A stretch of DNA of 63,391 nucleotides, filler included, from Basidiobolus ranarum (Eukaryota), in assembly GCA_040143965.1 (NCBI GenBank). It is 42 parts of 42 records of this genome, joined end to end, with 100 filler letters (N's around TTAATTAATTAA, not from the genome) between each part and the next. Parts side by side here need not be neighbours in the genome. Positions count along the whole stretch, not along the records: positions 34,851 to 36,262 come from JASJQH010012143.1; positions 36,363 to 37,773 come from JASJQH010012144.1; positions 37,874 to 39,283 come from JASJQH010012145.1; positions 39,384 to 40,793 come from JASJQH010012146.1; positions 40,894 to 42,302 come from JASJQH010012147.1; positions 42,403 to 43,811 come from JASJQH010012148.1; positions 43,912 to 45,319 come from JASJQH010012149.1; positions 45,420 to 46,827 come from JASJQH010012150.1; 34 more parts are not named here. One strand, written 5' to 3'. Positions 34,851 to 48,563 of the stretch are shown one piece after another. Both the position numbers and the translations under genes were made by a program. Numbering within the stretch: the stretch's first letter is position 1; each line of letters begins with the position of its first letter. The notes beneath the pieces were generated by a model that worked only from the letters and a program-made list of their open reading frames with translations, was not told where the DNA came from and made no database searches.

Positions 34851-36262
34851 AGCAAGATATTAGAAGCCAATTATATGTTGCCATATCATATTAAGTCAAA
34901 CATTTTTATGTTAGTTTGGTTTCACAAGTTTGCAAGATATTCAAGTTTTCTGATTCCATGTTTTACAAACATGACTCACAGCCTGAGAGTGTCATTCAAT
35001 AGAAATACAACCTTTTAAACCTGTATTAGTATTAGAATAGTTAGAGGCACAATGATTGGTTTATTGAGATGGTGCCACCTTCAATTTTGAGCAAATTTAT
35101 AGATTGACAGATAACTGATAAATTGGATATATCTATCACTTGGATTGATCAACTTGGTCATTTTGTTTTGGATACCATCTGAAGTATACTGAGTATTGAG
35201 AGAGTTGCGAAATCTAAAATGAGATACATACAAATAGGTTACAATGCGCATCGAGCGTATAGTATAGGAATATGCTATTTGGAGCTATGTCTCCACAACA
35301 TATAAATATGACATTTGCCGCTCAATTTTCAAATACACAAAAATGTTGCAATCACTTAGATGGATATTGAGTTTAGTGATTTTTTTAGAGCCAAACTCCT
35401 TTCATTTCCTGTTCATTTTCACCTTCCTCAGCTTTTACCTTATGATCTTTGAATTCACTGAATTCTTACACACCACTGCTGCAAATCAAGTTTCCAGAGA
35501 GTAAACATCACAACATGCTTGATATCCCTGCAACTAGATATCGCTGTTCTTATCTAAGCCAGGTTAGAAATGGGCTACTACGAGCTAATCATGAAATATA
35601 TGGTTGGAGTTATGGTAGTTGTAGTAGTGACAATTTTTACAAGTCAAAAATAAATAGGTGGGGGCAACAGTGATGTTGCGAGTAATTGAATATCAACGAT
35701 GTTGGAAATAATTGAGCGCCGGTGTTCAAAGCACTTACGGTTGCTCATATTATTCACAATTAATGAAATTATTTAGAGTATATATGTAATGCTCAATCAT
35801 CCTACTCAAGTGTGCCATTATCTGACTCGGATTGTCGTTGATAGTCAGGAAATCTTAGACTTGGGTAAGATAGTTGAGTATTGCATGTCTGTACTGAACA
35901 AACCATTGATCATGGTTAGTTGGAAACTCAAAGAGATGTGTCTTACTTACACTCGTGTATTCATGACTTAGCAAGACATATGATCCACAAATGTGGTAGT
36001 AGCTTTTTGGCTCACTCTTCGCTTGCCTACAATTTGAAGACATGGGGCTGCTCGAATATGAGTTAGTGTATTGATATTTAGTCATTTTATAGCCTACTTG
36101 TCATGCTGAATCATTTCACAAATTTGTGATGATATAATCTAATATGTAAGCCAAATAAATCATCGATTATTAGAAATTATGTCCCAGTAATAGCTGAAAC
36201 TGAGGAGATGAGTGGCGGCCGGAGCATTATGGTGGCAAACAGGGAATTTAGTATTGCTCTTC
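34851..36262. repeat. Alternative haplotype or paralogue of 7589-9005
   Basis: Reverse complement with identical end points. Confidence 0.95.
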
Positions 36263-36362
36263 NNNNNNNNNNNNNNNNNNNNNNNNNNNNNNNNNNNNNN
36301 NNNNNNTTAATTAATTAANNNNNNNNNNNNNNNNNNNNNNNNNNNNNNNNNNNNNNNNNNNN

Positions 36363-37773
36363 CAGTATATCTGATGCAGGAAATGCAGATCTCTGTTATA
36401 GTGTAAACAATTTTATAAGGGGGACAGTAGAGCCTAAACTCACTGGCTCCTTTGATTTTCCCTTGGGTTTACTAACTTCCTGCTCCTCAATCACTTCTTT
36501 ACTGCTTTTCTTTCTTTTCCAAGTCAATAATTGTGTACATTTTTGAGATGTTTCATGAGTAGGCCTATACTAGCCCAATTGTCATTTGCTTGCAAAAACC
36601 CAGGATAAGCCACATGAACTTAGTCAAGAACCTTCAGAATAACACCTGGATTTTGGTTTTTCCATGATTGGCTAAAATCAAGGTGCTTTTGGGCAAGATT
36701 TGGCTTAGTATCCAAATATTAAACCACTCATCATCAGAGCAAGTAATGGCAGCTCTGACATTCAGAGTCTTTTGGTTTGCCTGTTTTCCTATGAGATTTC
36801 TACTTTTGTATGCCCAACCAATTTTTGGTCATTGTGTAGGCTTAATGATCTAACACATATTCTGCTCTGCTGGATTGTCATGGTGACATTCATATGTATG
36901 GTGTGGGATTTGTTGAAATCCCATATGAGAACAGATGGAGGGAGTAGCATGTTGCTGTAGCTCAAGTACAGCATTCTGCAGGTCTTGTATCATTGTTGAG
37001 TGACTCTCTAATTGTTGACTAGTTGCTTCCAAACACTGCATTAATTGCAATGTTGTGGTGTTATTGCTTGTCATGGCCTGCATAGCAACTTCATAGTTTT
37101 TACTTATGATTGCATACAAATCATTATGGTGTTCTGCCTGCAATTCCCTTGTTGTAATAATTCTATTCAAATTTTCAGCAGAAGGTTCTTCAACAGTGGG
37201 CAAAGCAGCCATTTTGGAAGTTGATGGTCTTGACAGTGTTTTGGTTGAACTTTGCTCAACTATTGACTTACTACATAATTGGGGGATTACAATCTCCTAA
37301 CTTGCACTATTGCTGGAAAGGAACATAACTGGTAAATTGATTAATGCTTCATTGTTACTTGAGTTAGTTTCTGGCATGTTAATGCCTTCCAAAAGTGGAT
37401 AGTGGATTGCTAGACTGCTCATCAATTAAGTCCTCTGTTCTTGCTGGTTTTTTTCCTTTTATGCCAGCAGGCTTTGGCTTCAAAGCTGATTTTGACTTAG
37501 ATTTGAACGCTTTTTGAATGGCATTGAAATTTTCAGATGGTAAACTTGGTGTGATGAAATTTCTCAGAAACAGCTTCTAATAAACCAAAATTTCCACCCT
37601 TTACCAGAAATATCTTGTAAATCCCCTGATGACTCATCTGTGATATTGTCTCAAAATCAGCTGATGATATTGATCGGCTATACCTAAAATACCACCATTA
37701 TGTAGGAGGTGTTCTGTTTTCTACAATATGCTTCTCATGCCACCGCACAAACATTTAAAGAAGCCCTGCTATT
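36363..37773 (-). mobile_element. CACTA intergenic region and ORF2 N-terminal half (ATG 37212)
   Basis: Overlaps contig 1 (1161-1418) at one end and 14545-14860 at the other, bridging the element. Confidence 0.85.
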
Positions 37774-37873
37774 NNNNNNNNNNNNNNNNNNNNNNNNNNN
37801 NNNNNNNNNNNNNNNNNTTAATTAATTAANNNNNNNNNNNNNNNNNNNNNNNNNNNNNNNNNNNNNNNNNNNN

Positions 37874-37978
37874 AGAATATCCCTTTGTTATTGGAATATA
37901 AGATAGAATATCCCTTTGTTATTGGAATATAAGATAGAATATCCCTTTGTTATTGGAATGTAAGTTAAAATATCTCTT
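37874..37978. repeat. 31-bp tandem repeat, at least 3 copies, at a contig edge
   Basis: AGAATATCCCTTTGTTATTGGAATATAAGAT at 37874, 37905 and 37936. Confidence 0.9.
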
Positions 37979-39437
37979 CACTGTGAAAGATAGATGTAAC
38001 ATAGAAAGCTCTCATTTGAACAAGTATTCAATTCAAATTCAGGTTTTTTGGATCATTAGGAGAATTAGATGGATATATGTGAAAATATCTCATAGCCTAA
38101 CCCTCAGTGCTTCACTCACTGTATAATCAGTCACAAACCAAATCCCCTCTGATAAAAATCCCACTTTAATTATTTGATGTCTCTGGTTAGCACACTCCTC
38201 TATTATAACTTCACATGTAATCAGTTAAATCCTGAACAATTGCAAATAAGTTTGACTAATCCCCAACTGCAAGGACACGAATTGACCTTTGAATTGACTA
38301 GTTAACCGTTGTCTATTTGAATTGACTTAACCATTGTTTGTTTGAATTGGCTTATCTATTGGAATGAACTCATTATCTCTAATTAGCATATGAAACGCGT
38401 CATCATCGATAATTAACCCTAAATAACTATCCCAATGATATGGCGCAGTTATACATTTATCCATTCAATCATAACTTGCGGCAATATTAATAACCCCAAA
38501 TGCAATGGATGCGCCTTATTGATTATGCTCAACAAATCTGATATGAGCCAATTGTCGAGAGCAATTGATGGGCCAATTACTAGGTTCAGTTTCCGCCTTC
38601 ACAAAGTAAGGCAAGATTCAATGGTTTCGGATAATCATGGAGTAGTTTACTCCCTCATCCATTGGCCAAAAATCATCTCCATTACACCCTATTGGCAATA
38701 CACCCTGTATTTATCTATCCCTTTATCCCTAATTTCCTGATCGATAATAACACATTTGCTATGATCTGAACCACTGAACCGCTTTAGTTAACCCTAATCA
38801 TCACCCTACCCACCTGGACTTGAATGGCATTAAGACTATCGACGGGGCTTTTCTAACATTCTTCATTAGTATAAGCCTTCGTAGCATTCTTCATTCGTAT
38901 TATGCGTTATCGCTCGGAACATCTAGTTCTCTGACGTCTATCAAGGCGTTGTGTCTAGCTACCCAGTCTAGCTGCCCAGCAATCGAGAATTCCGACCATT
39001 ATTGTATTTAAGATGGATTATCTGATCGAGTTTTCTTATATAAGCCACGTAGGTTGGAGTGAGTGTAATGGCGATTACTGAGTTAATTAGTTAATATATG
39101 GTAATAGCAGGAACCTACACTCCGGCATGGTCTGTGTTGATGTTGATATTGCTAATTAGTAGCCACTTGACTGAATTTGTTGGTAAATTAAATCTTAATT
39201 GAGTGTTGAAGTTGCCAGTGCAAAGGGTTAGATGTGAATAGATATTGGTGTGATGACATGACAAGAGAGAATCCGTTCGATATNNNNNNNNNNNNNNNNN
39301 NNNNNNNNNNNNNNNNNNNNNNNNNNNTTAATTAATTAANNNNNNNNNNNNNNNNNNNNNNNNNNNNNNNNNNNNNNNNNNNNAGAACTTGTTTGGTAGG
39401 TGTCTTCCAAGGCGTTCCATACCTTCTTGGCAGTTTT

Positions 39438-40793
39438 TGTTAAAGTTTATTGTCTTTATCATATTTGTTATCTCTATCTTTATATGCCTAACTATTTGAT
39501 ATATCACATATAAGTTAGTTACCATTACTTAGTCAAATATCACTTAGCTGAAAATTGGAACATATATTATATATATATATGGATAATGTGAGAATGAGCA
39601 ATTCAATATTGGAAATTTCAAACTCATCCAAATTGCCCCAAAGATAGCTCATTTTACTCCCACAGATGCTCTGAACACAACCCCAGTGTTAGTTTTCTGT
39701 ATTTCCATCAAAATGTATAAATGCTTTATTTCTGGACAATAAATAATTATCTCACAAAGCTATTCACAACTCCACTTTTCTAAATTTCCTCCAAACAGCC
39801 AATATTTTCCCAATAGGTTATGAGCCCCATGTTCTAACCCTTACAGCATGACAGAAACCACTACTACCACTTTTATTAACTCAAGTGTTGAAAAGCTTGA
39901 TTGAGAAAATTACAATTTCTGGAAGTTCAAGATGTAAATAATGCTAGAACACAGGGAGCTTTGTGATGTAGACTCTGGAGATGAAAAGGAACCTTCTGAC
40001 CCTTCTTTATTGGAAGCTTACAAGAAAAGAGACAAGAAGGCCTTTAATGTCATTTGTCAAAGTTTGAAGGATTCACAACTTGTGAATATTGATTATGCAA
40101 AGACTTCCCATCAAGCTTGGACTATAATGAAGACTGTTATAAAGCAAAGAGTCTTGCTAATAGACTCTCTCTCAGACAAAAATTCTTCAACATCAAGATG
40201 GAAAATTATGAAAGCATGGTTACTCATATTGCAAATGTGATATCTTTGGCAAAACAACTAGAAAATATTGGTGCAACTTTGCAGGAAGAAGATGTCATTA
40301 TGACTCTTCTAAGTAGTCTACCAGAATAGTTTTAAAACTTGGTCACAGCTTTGGAAGCAAGGTCTGACAAGTTGTCTTTGGAGTTTGTGGTAGCAAGGCT
40401 AATGGATCAACATCTCAGAAGTAAGAATTTGGAAAAAGAATCTGAGGAAGTGGCTCTTTTTGGAGCTGGAAAACGTAGCTTTGGCAAGTACAAAGGTTAC
40501 AGAAAAAGCAAAGCAGGTTTATGCTATGGTTGTAACAAACCAGGACACAAGATAAAAGATTGCAAATCAAGAAATTACAGCAAAAATGAGAAGTCAGAAC
40601 AAGCAAATCAGGTTTCAACCAAGGAGGAAGTTTTATTCATTTCTGCCCTATCTGTGACCTCTGAACAAGACTGTAGGTCGTGGTATATTGATTCTGGAGC
40701 CTCTCAACATTTCTCTAATCAAAAAAACTGGTTTAAAACACTCAAAACTGACATAAACAAGAAGGTTTATATGGGAGATGACCGGCCACTAGA
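39438..40793 (+). mobile_element. Copia family B: 5' LTR (39438-39815), PBS (39816-39827), gag, zinc knuckle, protease
   Basis: GGTTATGAGCCC; NYNFWKFKM; LLSSLPE; CYGCNKPGHKIKDC; WYIDSGASQH. Confidence 0.94.
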
Positions 40794-41003
40794 NNNNNNN
40801 NNNNNNNNNNNNNNNNNNNNNNNNNNNNNNNNNNNNNTTAATTAATTAANNNNNNNNNNNNNNNNNNNNNNNNNNNNNNNNNNNNNNNNNNNNTGATGTG
40901 ATCCAAGGGCATATAGTGAGGGGCAAATATGATGATTCAATAGATGCGAAAGGTTTTCGAATAATAAAACGGATGGATTAATTTTTATTTGTTGACAATG
41001 ATT

Positions 41004-42302
41004 TATGCTTTATATTTCTGGATAATAAATAATCATCTCACAAAGCCATTCACAACTCAACTTTTCAAAAACTCTGCTAAACAGCCCATATTTTCCCAAT
41101 AGAATCAGTCCAGATACATCCTAGACATCCTCAAGCACTTCAACATGGAGAAAAGCATACCTGCATCACACCAATGGATCCAAATGTAATATTAAAAAAT
41201 ATGTCCAATTTGGCCCACAATGACTCAAATCACAACCAGGGGTTACCCTGTTTGTCCTCAATGGGTAGTTTAATGAATACAAAGGTTAAACCAGGTCAAG
41301 ACATTGCAGCAGCAGTGGTAACACTCAGCTAATACCTCAAAAGTCCAGAATCACAGCACAACACAGCAGTAAACCAGATATATAAGTATTTGAGATGAAC
41401 TATACCACTAGTCCAGAAATATACTGGCACTCCAGAAGCACAAAAGTTTGAAAGCTACAGTGATGCAGACTGTAGAAGAATCCTTGGTGATAGAAGATTG
41501 ACAGCATGGTACACTTTTATTCATGATAATGGAGCCAAAATTTAGAATAGTCAGAAGCAACCAATTGTAGCCCCTTCCACTACAGAAGTATAGTGTATGG
41601 CTGCTCTGCTACTATGCAAGAAGCTGTGGGATTAAGGAAGTTATTGTCAGACTTAGGATACATGTAAAAATGTGCTAATACTGTATTTGAAGATAATCAA
41701 AGTTGTGCCTCATTAAATACAAACCCTATATTTCAAGCTAGATCAAAACATAGAGATATTGGGCTTTGTTTTGTTAGAGAAGCAATAGAAGATGATAAAA
41801 TTGAACTTGTCTATTGCCCTACTGAAGAAATGATTGCTGACATATTACCCAAAGCTTTAGCTAAAGCAAAATTTTCTTTATCAAGACATAAGTTAAGTTT
41901 GAAAGAAATAAAAAATGATCAGTTGAGTGGGAATTTTGAAGTTAGGTAAATAGCAATTGATTATTAAGTAGTTAGTATATTCATATTTTGATTATTTAGC
42001 CCTCAGTTCTGCCATTCAAAAGCAAGTGTTTTTCCTCTAATTGATAGAAGTAGCAATCTGATCACTTTTACCACTTTCACAATTTTCTCAAAACATCCCC
42101 ATATCATCTCAAATTTGGCAGAACAACATAATGATTTGTATGTGATCATAAGTAAAAACTACAATGTTGCTATACAGGCCATGACAAGTAATAATGCGGC
42201 AATATTGCAATTAATGCAGTGTTTGGAAGCAACTAGTCAACAGTTAGAGAGTCACTCAACAATGATACAAGACCTTCAGAATGCTGTACTTGAGCTACAG
42301 CA
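41004..42302 (+). mobile_element. Mosaic: LTR B tail, degenerate copia RT/RNaseH with PPT (about 41921) and LTR, then a CACTA ORF2 fragment (42117-42302)
   Basis: YSDAD, RSKH.DI and MIADI. AEQHNDLY..ISKNY matches ORF2. Confidence 0.8.
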
Positions 42303-42402
42303 NNNNNNNNNNNNNNNNNNNNNNNNNNNNNNNNNNNNNNNNNNNNTTAATTAATTAANNNNNNNNNNNNNNNNNNNNNNNNNNNNNNNNNNNNNNNNNN
42401 NN

Positions 42403-43811
42403 ATGCAATTTGTTGATTTCTAGCTTGTATAAGTTTTGAGTTTTGATCCCAGTAGCTAATTTGGTATTTTTCTGATCTGTCATAGTGGATCCCACCTTAC
42501 TGAACACAAAGTTTAATCCTTGAGTTGTTGCTTGGCTTACTGAGAGTAAATTCATGGCTATATTTGGTACATAGAGTACATCATCTAATTTTGCAGGTGG
42601 TGTAGCTGAATTTTGGTCAAAATTGAGTACAACTGTGCCCTTACCAACTGCATGTAGTCTAAAAGTCATCACCTAAGCAGACTTTGCTTGTTTGGATTGG
42701 TTTTAAGCTGGAAAACCAATCTTTCCTGTTTGACCTATGCTGGGAAGCTCCTGAATCAATGTACCATGTTTTGGAGTCTTCTTTAGTGGTTACTGATAGG
42801 GCAGACACAAACATATGATCTCTTTCAATGCTTACTTGATTTTCTTGTTCCAATTTAGCTTTTTGGCAAAAATCCTTGTTCTGCAATCATTGATTAAATG
42901 TCCTGGTTTCTTACAATACTTGCAGATGATTATTTTCCTGATAGGGGCACTCTTATTGAAGCCTGTTAGACATTTTATAGCTCCAAAAAACGCCTGTTCT
43001 GCATTATTTTGCTGAGAATTAGATCTCTTCAATACTTCATTCAAAAGCCTAGCACCAACATATTCCATTGTTAATGGCTCTAATCTTGATTCTAGGGCAA
43101 TTATGAGGTTCCCAAACTCATCTGGCAGGCTCCCAAGTAGTTTCATGACCAAGCCTTCTTTATTTAGAAGTGCTCCAATGGATGAGAGCTGATCTGCCAA
43201 AGTTTTTATCCAATTTATATGATTAAGCATAGAATCACCAGGATTTATTGGAATTGAGAACAATTTTCACCCAAGATGTAGCGTATTAGCCAGACTTTTA
43301 GTCTCATATAGTCCCTCAAATGTTTCCCAAGCATTTTGGAGGTTTTTGGCTCATTGTATGTGCCTCAATTGAGAATCTCTGAGATGTATACAAAGTGTAG
43401 AGAGTACTTTTCTCTGCTTCTTGTGAAAGGCAAGGATAGCTTCTGGTGGTCCTTTTGGCTCTATTTCTTCTCCTGTAAAAAATCCCAAAAGGTCCTTGTC
43501 TTCTAGCACCATTTGGATCTTGAACTTCCAAAGGTGAAAGTCTTCACCATCCAACATCTCTGTGGATGCAAAAACATTGGTAATAGGAGTGGTAGACATT
43601 CCTTTAACAGCTAGCTTGGGGCTCATAACCTGATAAAAGTGTTTAGGGGATTTGGAAGTGTTATGGACAAGATTTGGATTTGTGAATTAGACACTTAAGT
43701 TTTATTGTATTGAATATTTGCTATTTACAGTTTACTATGAAATATGACTATTGGACATAATTAGATCATAACAAACATGCCTGTTATGCATGGGTGAAAA
43801 TTTGAGGTGAT
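42403..43811 (-). mobile_element. Copia family C: 5' LTR (43631-43811), PBS (43619-43630), gag-protease
   Basis: Collinear with 16684-18098. FHLWKFKIQMVLED, CKYCKKPGH and WYIDSGASQH. Confidence 0.93.
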
Positions 43812-43911
43812 NNNNNNNNNNNNNNNNNNNNNNNNNNNNNNNNNNNNNNNNNNNNTTAATTAATTAANNNNNNNNNNNNNNNNNNNNNNNNNNNNNNNNN
43901 NNNNNNNNNNN

Positions 43912-44547
43912 TGGAAGTTTATCCAACACTGGGCATCTCTCAACCAGCCAAAACACCAGGAACTAAAACTCATGGCTCTTCAACCTCTGAAAGGAAAATT
44001 GCAGTGCAAGTATGCAGAAAGTGGCTTCAGAAGAAGAACATTCAACTTGACATTAAGTCTGGTGTTGACCATGCAGATTTCTGCAAAGAACTTAATACAG
44101 AGTGGCACAATATTGCAGGGTATCCACCAGATAGCGGAATGAATGTTAATTCAGCAATATTAATATAATGGTGGGCTTTGATGGAGATATTGATAAAAGC
44201 TCATGTTTGGTTTGAGCTAAACTTGGGTATGAAGAACTCTAAAAATATTCAGGACAATGTATTGAAGAAACTAGCCATTTTGAAGATGACAAATTAGCAT
44301 TCAAGTGGTAAATGCATAAAACTGAGTTATGTTTTTGCATATGTGTTGATCCATAGTTTTCCAAAATTGTAGCCAATCATGTGAAAATATTTTGTGAGAT
44401 CTTGAAATTTCACTCCTGAAACTGAAAAAATTGATCAACATCAATTCTAACTGGATAATTTTATGACAGTAAGTAAATGGTGAATCCCAAATGCACTAAA
44501 GTTGTGACAATTTTTCTACAACAACAATCCTCAAATTTCTGTTAGGG
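43912..44547 (+). mobile_element. CACTA ORF2 3' region and terminus B
   Basis: Ends ...TTTCTGTTAGGG at 44547. Confidence 0.85.
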
Positions 44548-45240
44548 TACATTTCTCTAAAATTTAATCCATCATTTGTGATTGGAGTTTACTTAAAATA
44601 TGTTTACCAACTTGGAAGTGCTCAGATATATAGCTTTTTCATTCTTGTACTAGAATCTACAAACTTTGCACACATGTTCCTGCAAACTTCCTTAATACAT
44701 TCAACTTATTAGTTTATTTACATCTTGACCATACTATGAATGTTGACTTTCTACTCCATAAATCAATAAGTGAAAACCACCAATTCCTCTACTTCTTGAA
44801 ACCACTTCAAACAAGCTCCCAAATACTCAAAAAGGTTATGAGCCCCAAGCTTGCACCCCCTGTAATGCCTACATCTCAAAAATATGTAACTTTTCCATCT
44901 TTTGGAAAATTTGATTGAACCAATTATCAAGTTTGGTAAATTCATATGAAAATGCTGCTGCAAGAAAAAGAACTTTGGGATGTGTTTGTAGGAGAAGAAA
45001 ACAATGCCAAACTTTGTGAAACCAAAGTTTTACTCTAGGGTGAAAAAGAACAAAGTGCCTGTAGCACAATTTGTCTGACTATCAAAGACAAATTGTACAT
45101 TCAATGTTCAACAGCAAAAACCATCTAGACAGTATGGAAAGCCTTGGAAGATGCCTACCAATCAGTTCTGCTGCCAACAAGATGTTTCTAAGGAGACAAT
45201 TCTTTAACTTAAAGATAAAGCCAGGAGAAGATATTGAATC
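44548..45240 (+). mobile_element. Copia family A-like 5' LTR (truncated), PBS (44834-44845), degenerate gag
   Basis: LTR A similarity, GGTTATGAGCCC and ANKMFLRRQFFNLK. Confidence 0.85.
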
Positions 45241-45419
45241 CCTGGCAGAAATGGAAGGCATTGCATTATCTACGACTGATGAATGTTAAAGTAGTTGGGA
45301 GCCTGTGGGAAGGGGTTTGNNNNNNNNNNNNNNNNNNNNNNNNNNNNNNNNNNNNNNNNNNNNTTAATTAATTAANNNNNNNNNNNNNNNNNNNNNNNNN
45401 NNNNNNNNNNNNNNNNNNN

Positions 45420-46716
45420 CTTAATATCTATGTGTTTGCTTCTATTATGAAATGTGGGATTTTTAGCTAATTTGATACAACTTTGATTATCTTGAAATAT
45501 TGTAGTTGGTGAATTTTGAGAATAACCCAAGTCTGTTAAGAGTTTTCTTAACCATATTGCTTCTTTTGTTGCTTCACAGGCAGCCCTGTACTTAGCTTCT
45601 GTTGTTGAAGGTGCTATGGCAGGTTGTTTCTTTGAATTCCAAGAAATAGCTCTATTACAGCAAAGAAATAAGTATCCTTTTGTAGATCTCCTGTCTTCAA
45701 TATCTCTTCCCCAATTGGCATTTGAATATCCCATTGGATCAAAGTTGGATCCAGAATAGGTGTGTTTTAAGCACAGATCCACAGTACCTTTCAAATATCA
45801 GAAAATCTGCTCAACTGCCATGATTTGATCAGATCCATAATTTTGAAGATATTGGCACACAACTCCCACAGAATATGCAGTCTGTGGCCATGTTCCAACC
45901 ATGATATACATCAAACTACCAACCATAGATTGCTAAGGAAACTTCTGGCTTTCATTTAAATCCAAAAACATCTAATTTGAGCCATTTTTGGTCAAGTTTA
46001 GATCTGCTCCATTGGCACAGATACTGGATAACATTCTCCCATTTTAAACTTCTTTAGTATTTCTAGTATATACTTAGACTGGTTTAAAGTTCTTGTTTTG
46101 GTAGTTCAATCTATCTTAATTTGGATTCCATTATAATATGGCAGTTCACTAAAATCAGTCATTTTGAATTTAGCAGATAAGCTGCATTTGATTTTCTCCA
46201 AAGTCTTCACATCATTAGTTGCTATAATATGTTCATCTACATGTAAGGCCAATAAATTGGGCATGTCTTATCTGGCCTGAAGTAGATACTATAGTCAGCA
46301 TTACTCTTTTGGAATTTAATTGTTTCCAAAAAAGCATCTATCTTACTATTCCAAGCTCTTGGAAATGGTTTTAAGCCATAGAGTGTTTTCTGGAGTCTGC
46401 AAACTTTTTTAGGGTCTTCTGGGTCCATAAGTCCATGTGGCTGGTTCATATAGATCTCCTCAGCAAGTTCACCATTCAAAAAAGCAGTTTTAACATCCAT
46501 TTGATATATTAGAAACTGCTATTTAGCTTAAATTGCTAAAGTCAATCTAATTGAATCAAACTTTGCCACATGAGCAAAAGTTTCTGTATAATCTCCTCCT
46601 GGTGCTTTGGAATAGCCGTTAGCTACTAGCCTAGCCTTGTTACTTTGTATATTGCCATCAGAGTTGTATTTAACTTTGAACACCCATTGGCAGCCAATTG
46701 ATTTTCAATCATCAGG
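45420..46716 (-). mobile_element. Copia RT-RNaseH, degenerate
   Basis: [29 protein letters not shown] and RSKHIDIK. Confidence 0.94.
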
Positions 46717-46927
46717 TGTTGTGCACCAACATACAAAGTTGTTTAACTTACGCCATATCTATACAACTTGCATGAATATCTGTTTAGTTTATCATTCTTG
46801 CTAACTAGTCACCTCACCTTATCCAGTNNNNNNNNNNNNNNNNNNNNNNNNNNNNNNNNNNNNNNNNNNNNTTAATTAATTAANNNNNNNNNNNNNNNNN
46901 NNNNNNNNNNNNNNNNNNNNNNNNNNN

Positions 46928-48335
46928 CTGGTGTTTGGGCGTAGCCTTTGGCTACTAGTCTAACATTGTACCTTTCTATACTGCCATCAGCGTTATATTT
47001 CACTTTAAGCCCCCATTGGCAGTCAATTGATTTTCCATCATCAGGTATGTAGTTTAAAATCCAAGTTTGATTATCAATCAAAGCCTGGTACTCATCAGCC
47101 ATTGCAGATCTCTACAATTTTGTGTGAGAGCCATTTAGGGCCTCTTTTACAGACTGGGGCTCATGTATTTGAGCTGTGCAGGCATTGGCCCAATTATGGG
47201 ACTCATTGATATAATAAGCAGGGCTATTTCAGATCCAATATATTCTCCTGGTTTGGGATACAGGTACTACACTTCTGGCATTGTATAGGGCACTTCAGTA
47301 GGCAAAATTTTGGTAAAGGGTTCACCGGAATGCTAGTTTCTTCATTGATTTGGTTTGAATCCATTTGAATGATTGGATCAGGAGAAAACTGACTTTTGTC
47401 ATCATCTGAGGGCAATTTGGGTAAATATTTTTCATTTTCATTAAACAAAACATCACAGGACTTGATCAACTTGGAAATTCTGATATCATGGAGTCTGTAG
47501 GCCTTAGTTGGAGTACAATAACCCAGAAATATGCATCTCTTACTTTTTGGATCAAATTTAGACCAATTTTCAGTCATAACTTTGACTGAGGCAATGCATC
47601 CAAAGGTCCTCAAATGTTTTTCATCAGGTTTAACTCCAAATCAAGCTTGATATGGTGTAGAGTTAGATGGACTTCTAGTAAAACTCCAACTCTTCAGATA
47701 TACAGCTGTAGCAACAGATTCTACCCAAAAAGTTTGAGATAAATTTTGTGCATTTATTATAAATCTTGCCGTTTCTATTTTAGTCCTATTAGCTCTTTGG
47801 GCAACTCCTTTTTGTTGAGGTGAATAGGGTGCAGTAGTTTCTTGCTTAATTCCATGAACTTTGCAAAAGTGCTTCAATAGTGTTGAAGTATATTCTCCAC
47901 TATTATCAGTATATATTTTCTTGATTTTAGTTCCAGTTTCAGTCTCGACAAGTTTTTAATATTTCAAAAGATAGAGAGAGCCTCTTCTTTTCTTTCCATA
48001 AAGTAGATGCAAGTATATCTTGTATAATCATCAATAAATGTGATTAAATATCTTTTTCCACCTAGAGATAAATTTCCCATGGGTCCACACAAATCCTAAT
48101 GAATTAGATCCAATTTTTTGACAGATTTGATAAAACCAGAGCTCTTGAACGGTCACCTGGCTTGTTTTCCATATATACAACCCTCCCAAATTTCCATTTT
48201 GGTTGGGGGGGGGTTAATTGGAATTCCAGAAATTAGGCAATTTTTGATCATTTTGCTCAAATAATCAAATCCAATATGGCCAAATCTCTAAGGCCATAAT
48301 TGGATAGTTTCTTGATTGGAATAACTTATATTTAC
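46928..48335 (-). mobile_element. Copia pre-integrase, integrase and RT start, degenerate
   Basis: Collinear with 9106-10319. TAPYSPQQKGVAQRANRT and KFDPKSKRCIFLGY. Confidence 0.94.
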
Positions 48336-48563
48336 NNNNNNNNNNNNNNNNNNNNNNNNNNNNNNNNNNNNNNNNNNNNTTAATTAATTAANNNNNNNNN
48401 NNNNNNNNNNNNNNNNNNNNNNNNNNNNNNNNNNNTATCTGAAACGTTCGAAAGCCTCATATCTGCTCCTTACCTGCGAAAGTATATACAGAAGTGTTTT
48501 CTCTTATTGTGCTCCTTTACTCCTCGCTACATCTCACTCCAACAAGGATGTAAATTGCCTGCC

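Noticed and set aside
38413-38800. TAACCCTAA motifs as telomeric repeats
   Set aside because: Isolated single units, not tandem; the CCCTAAC motifs elsewhere are transposon termini.
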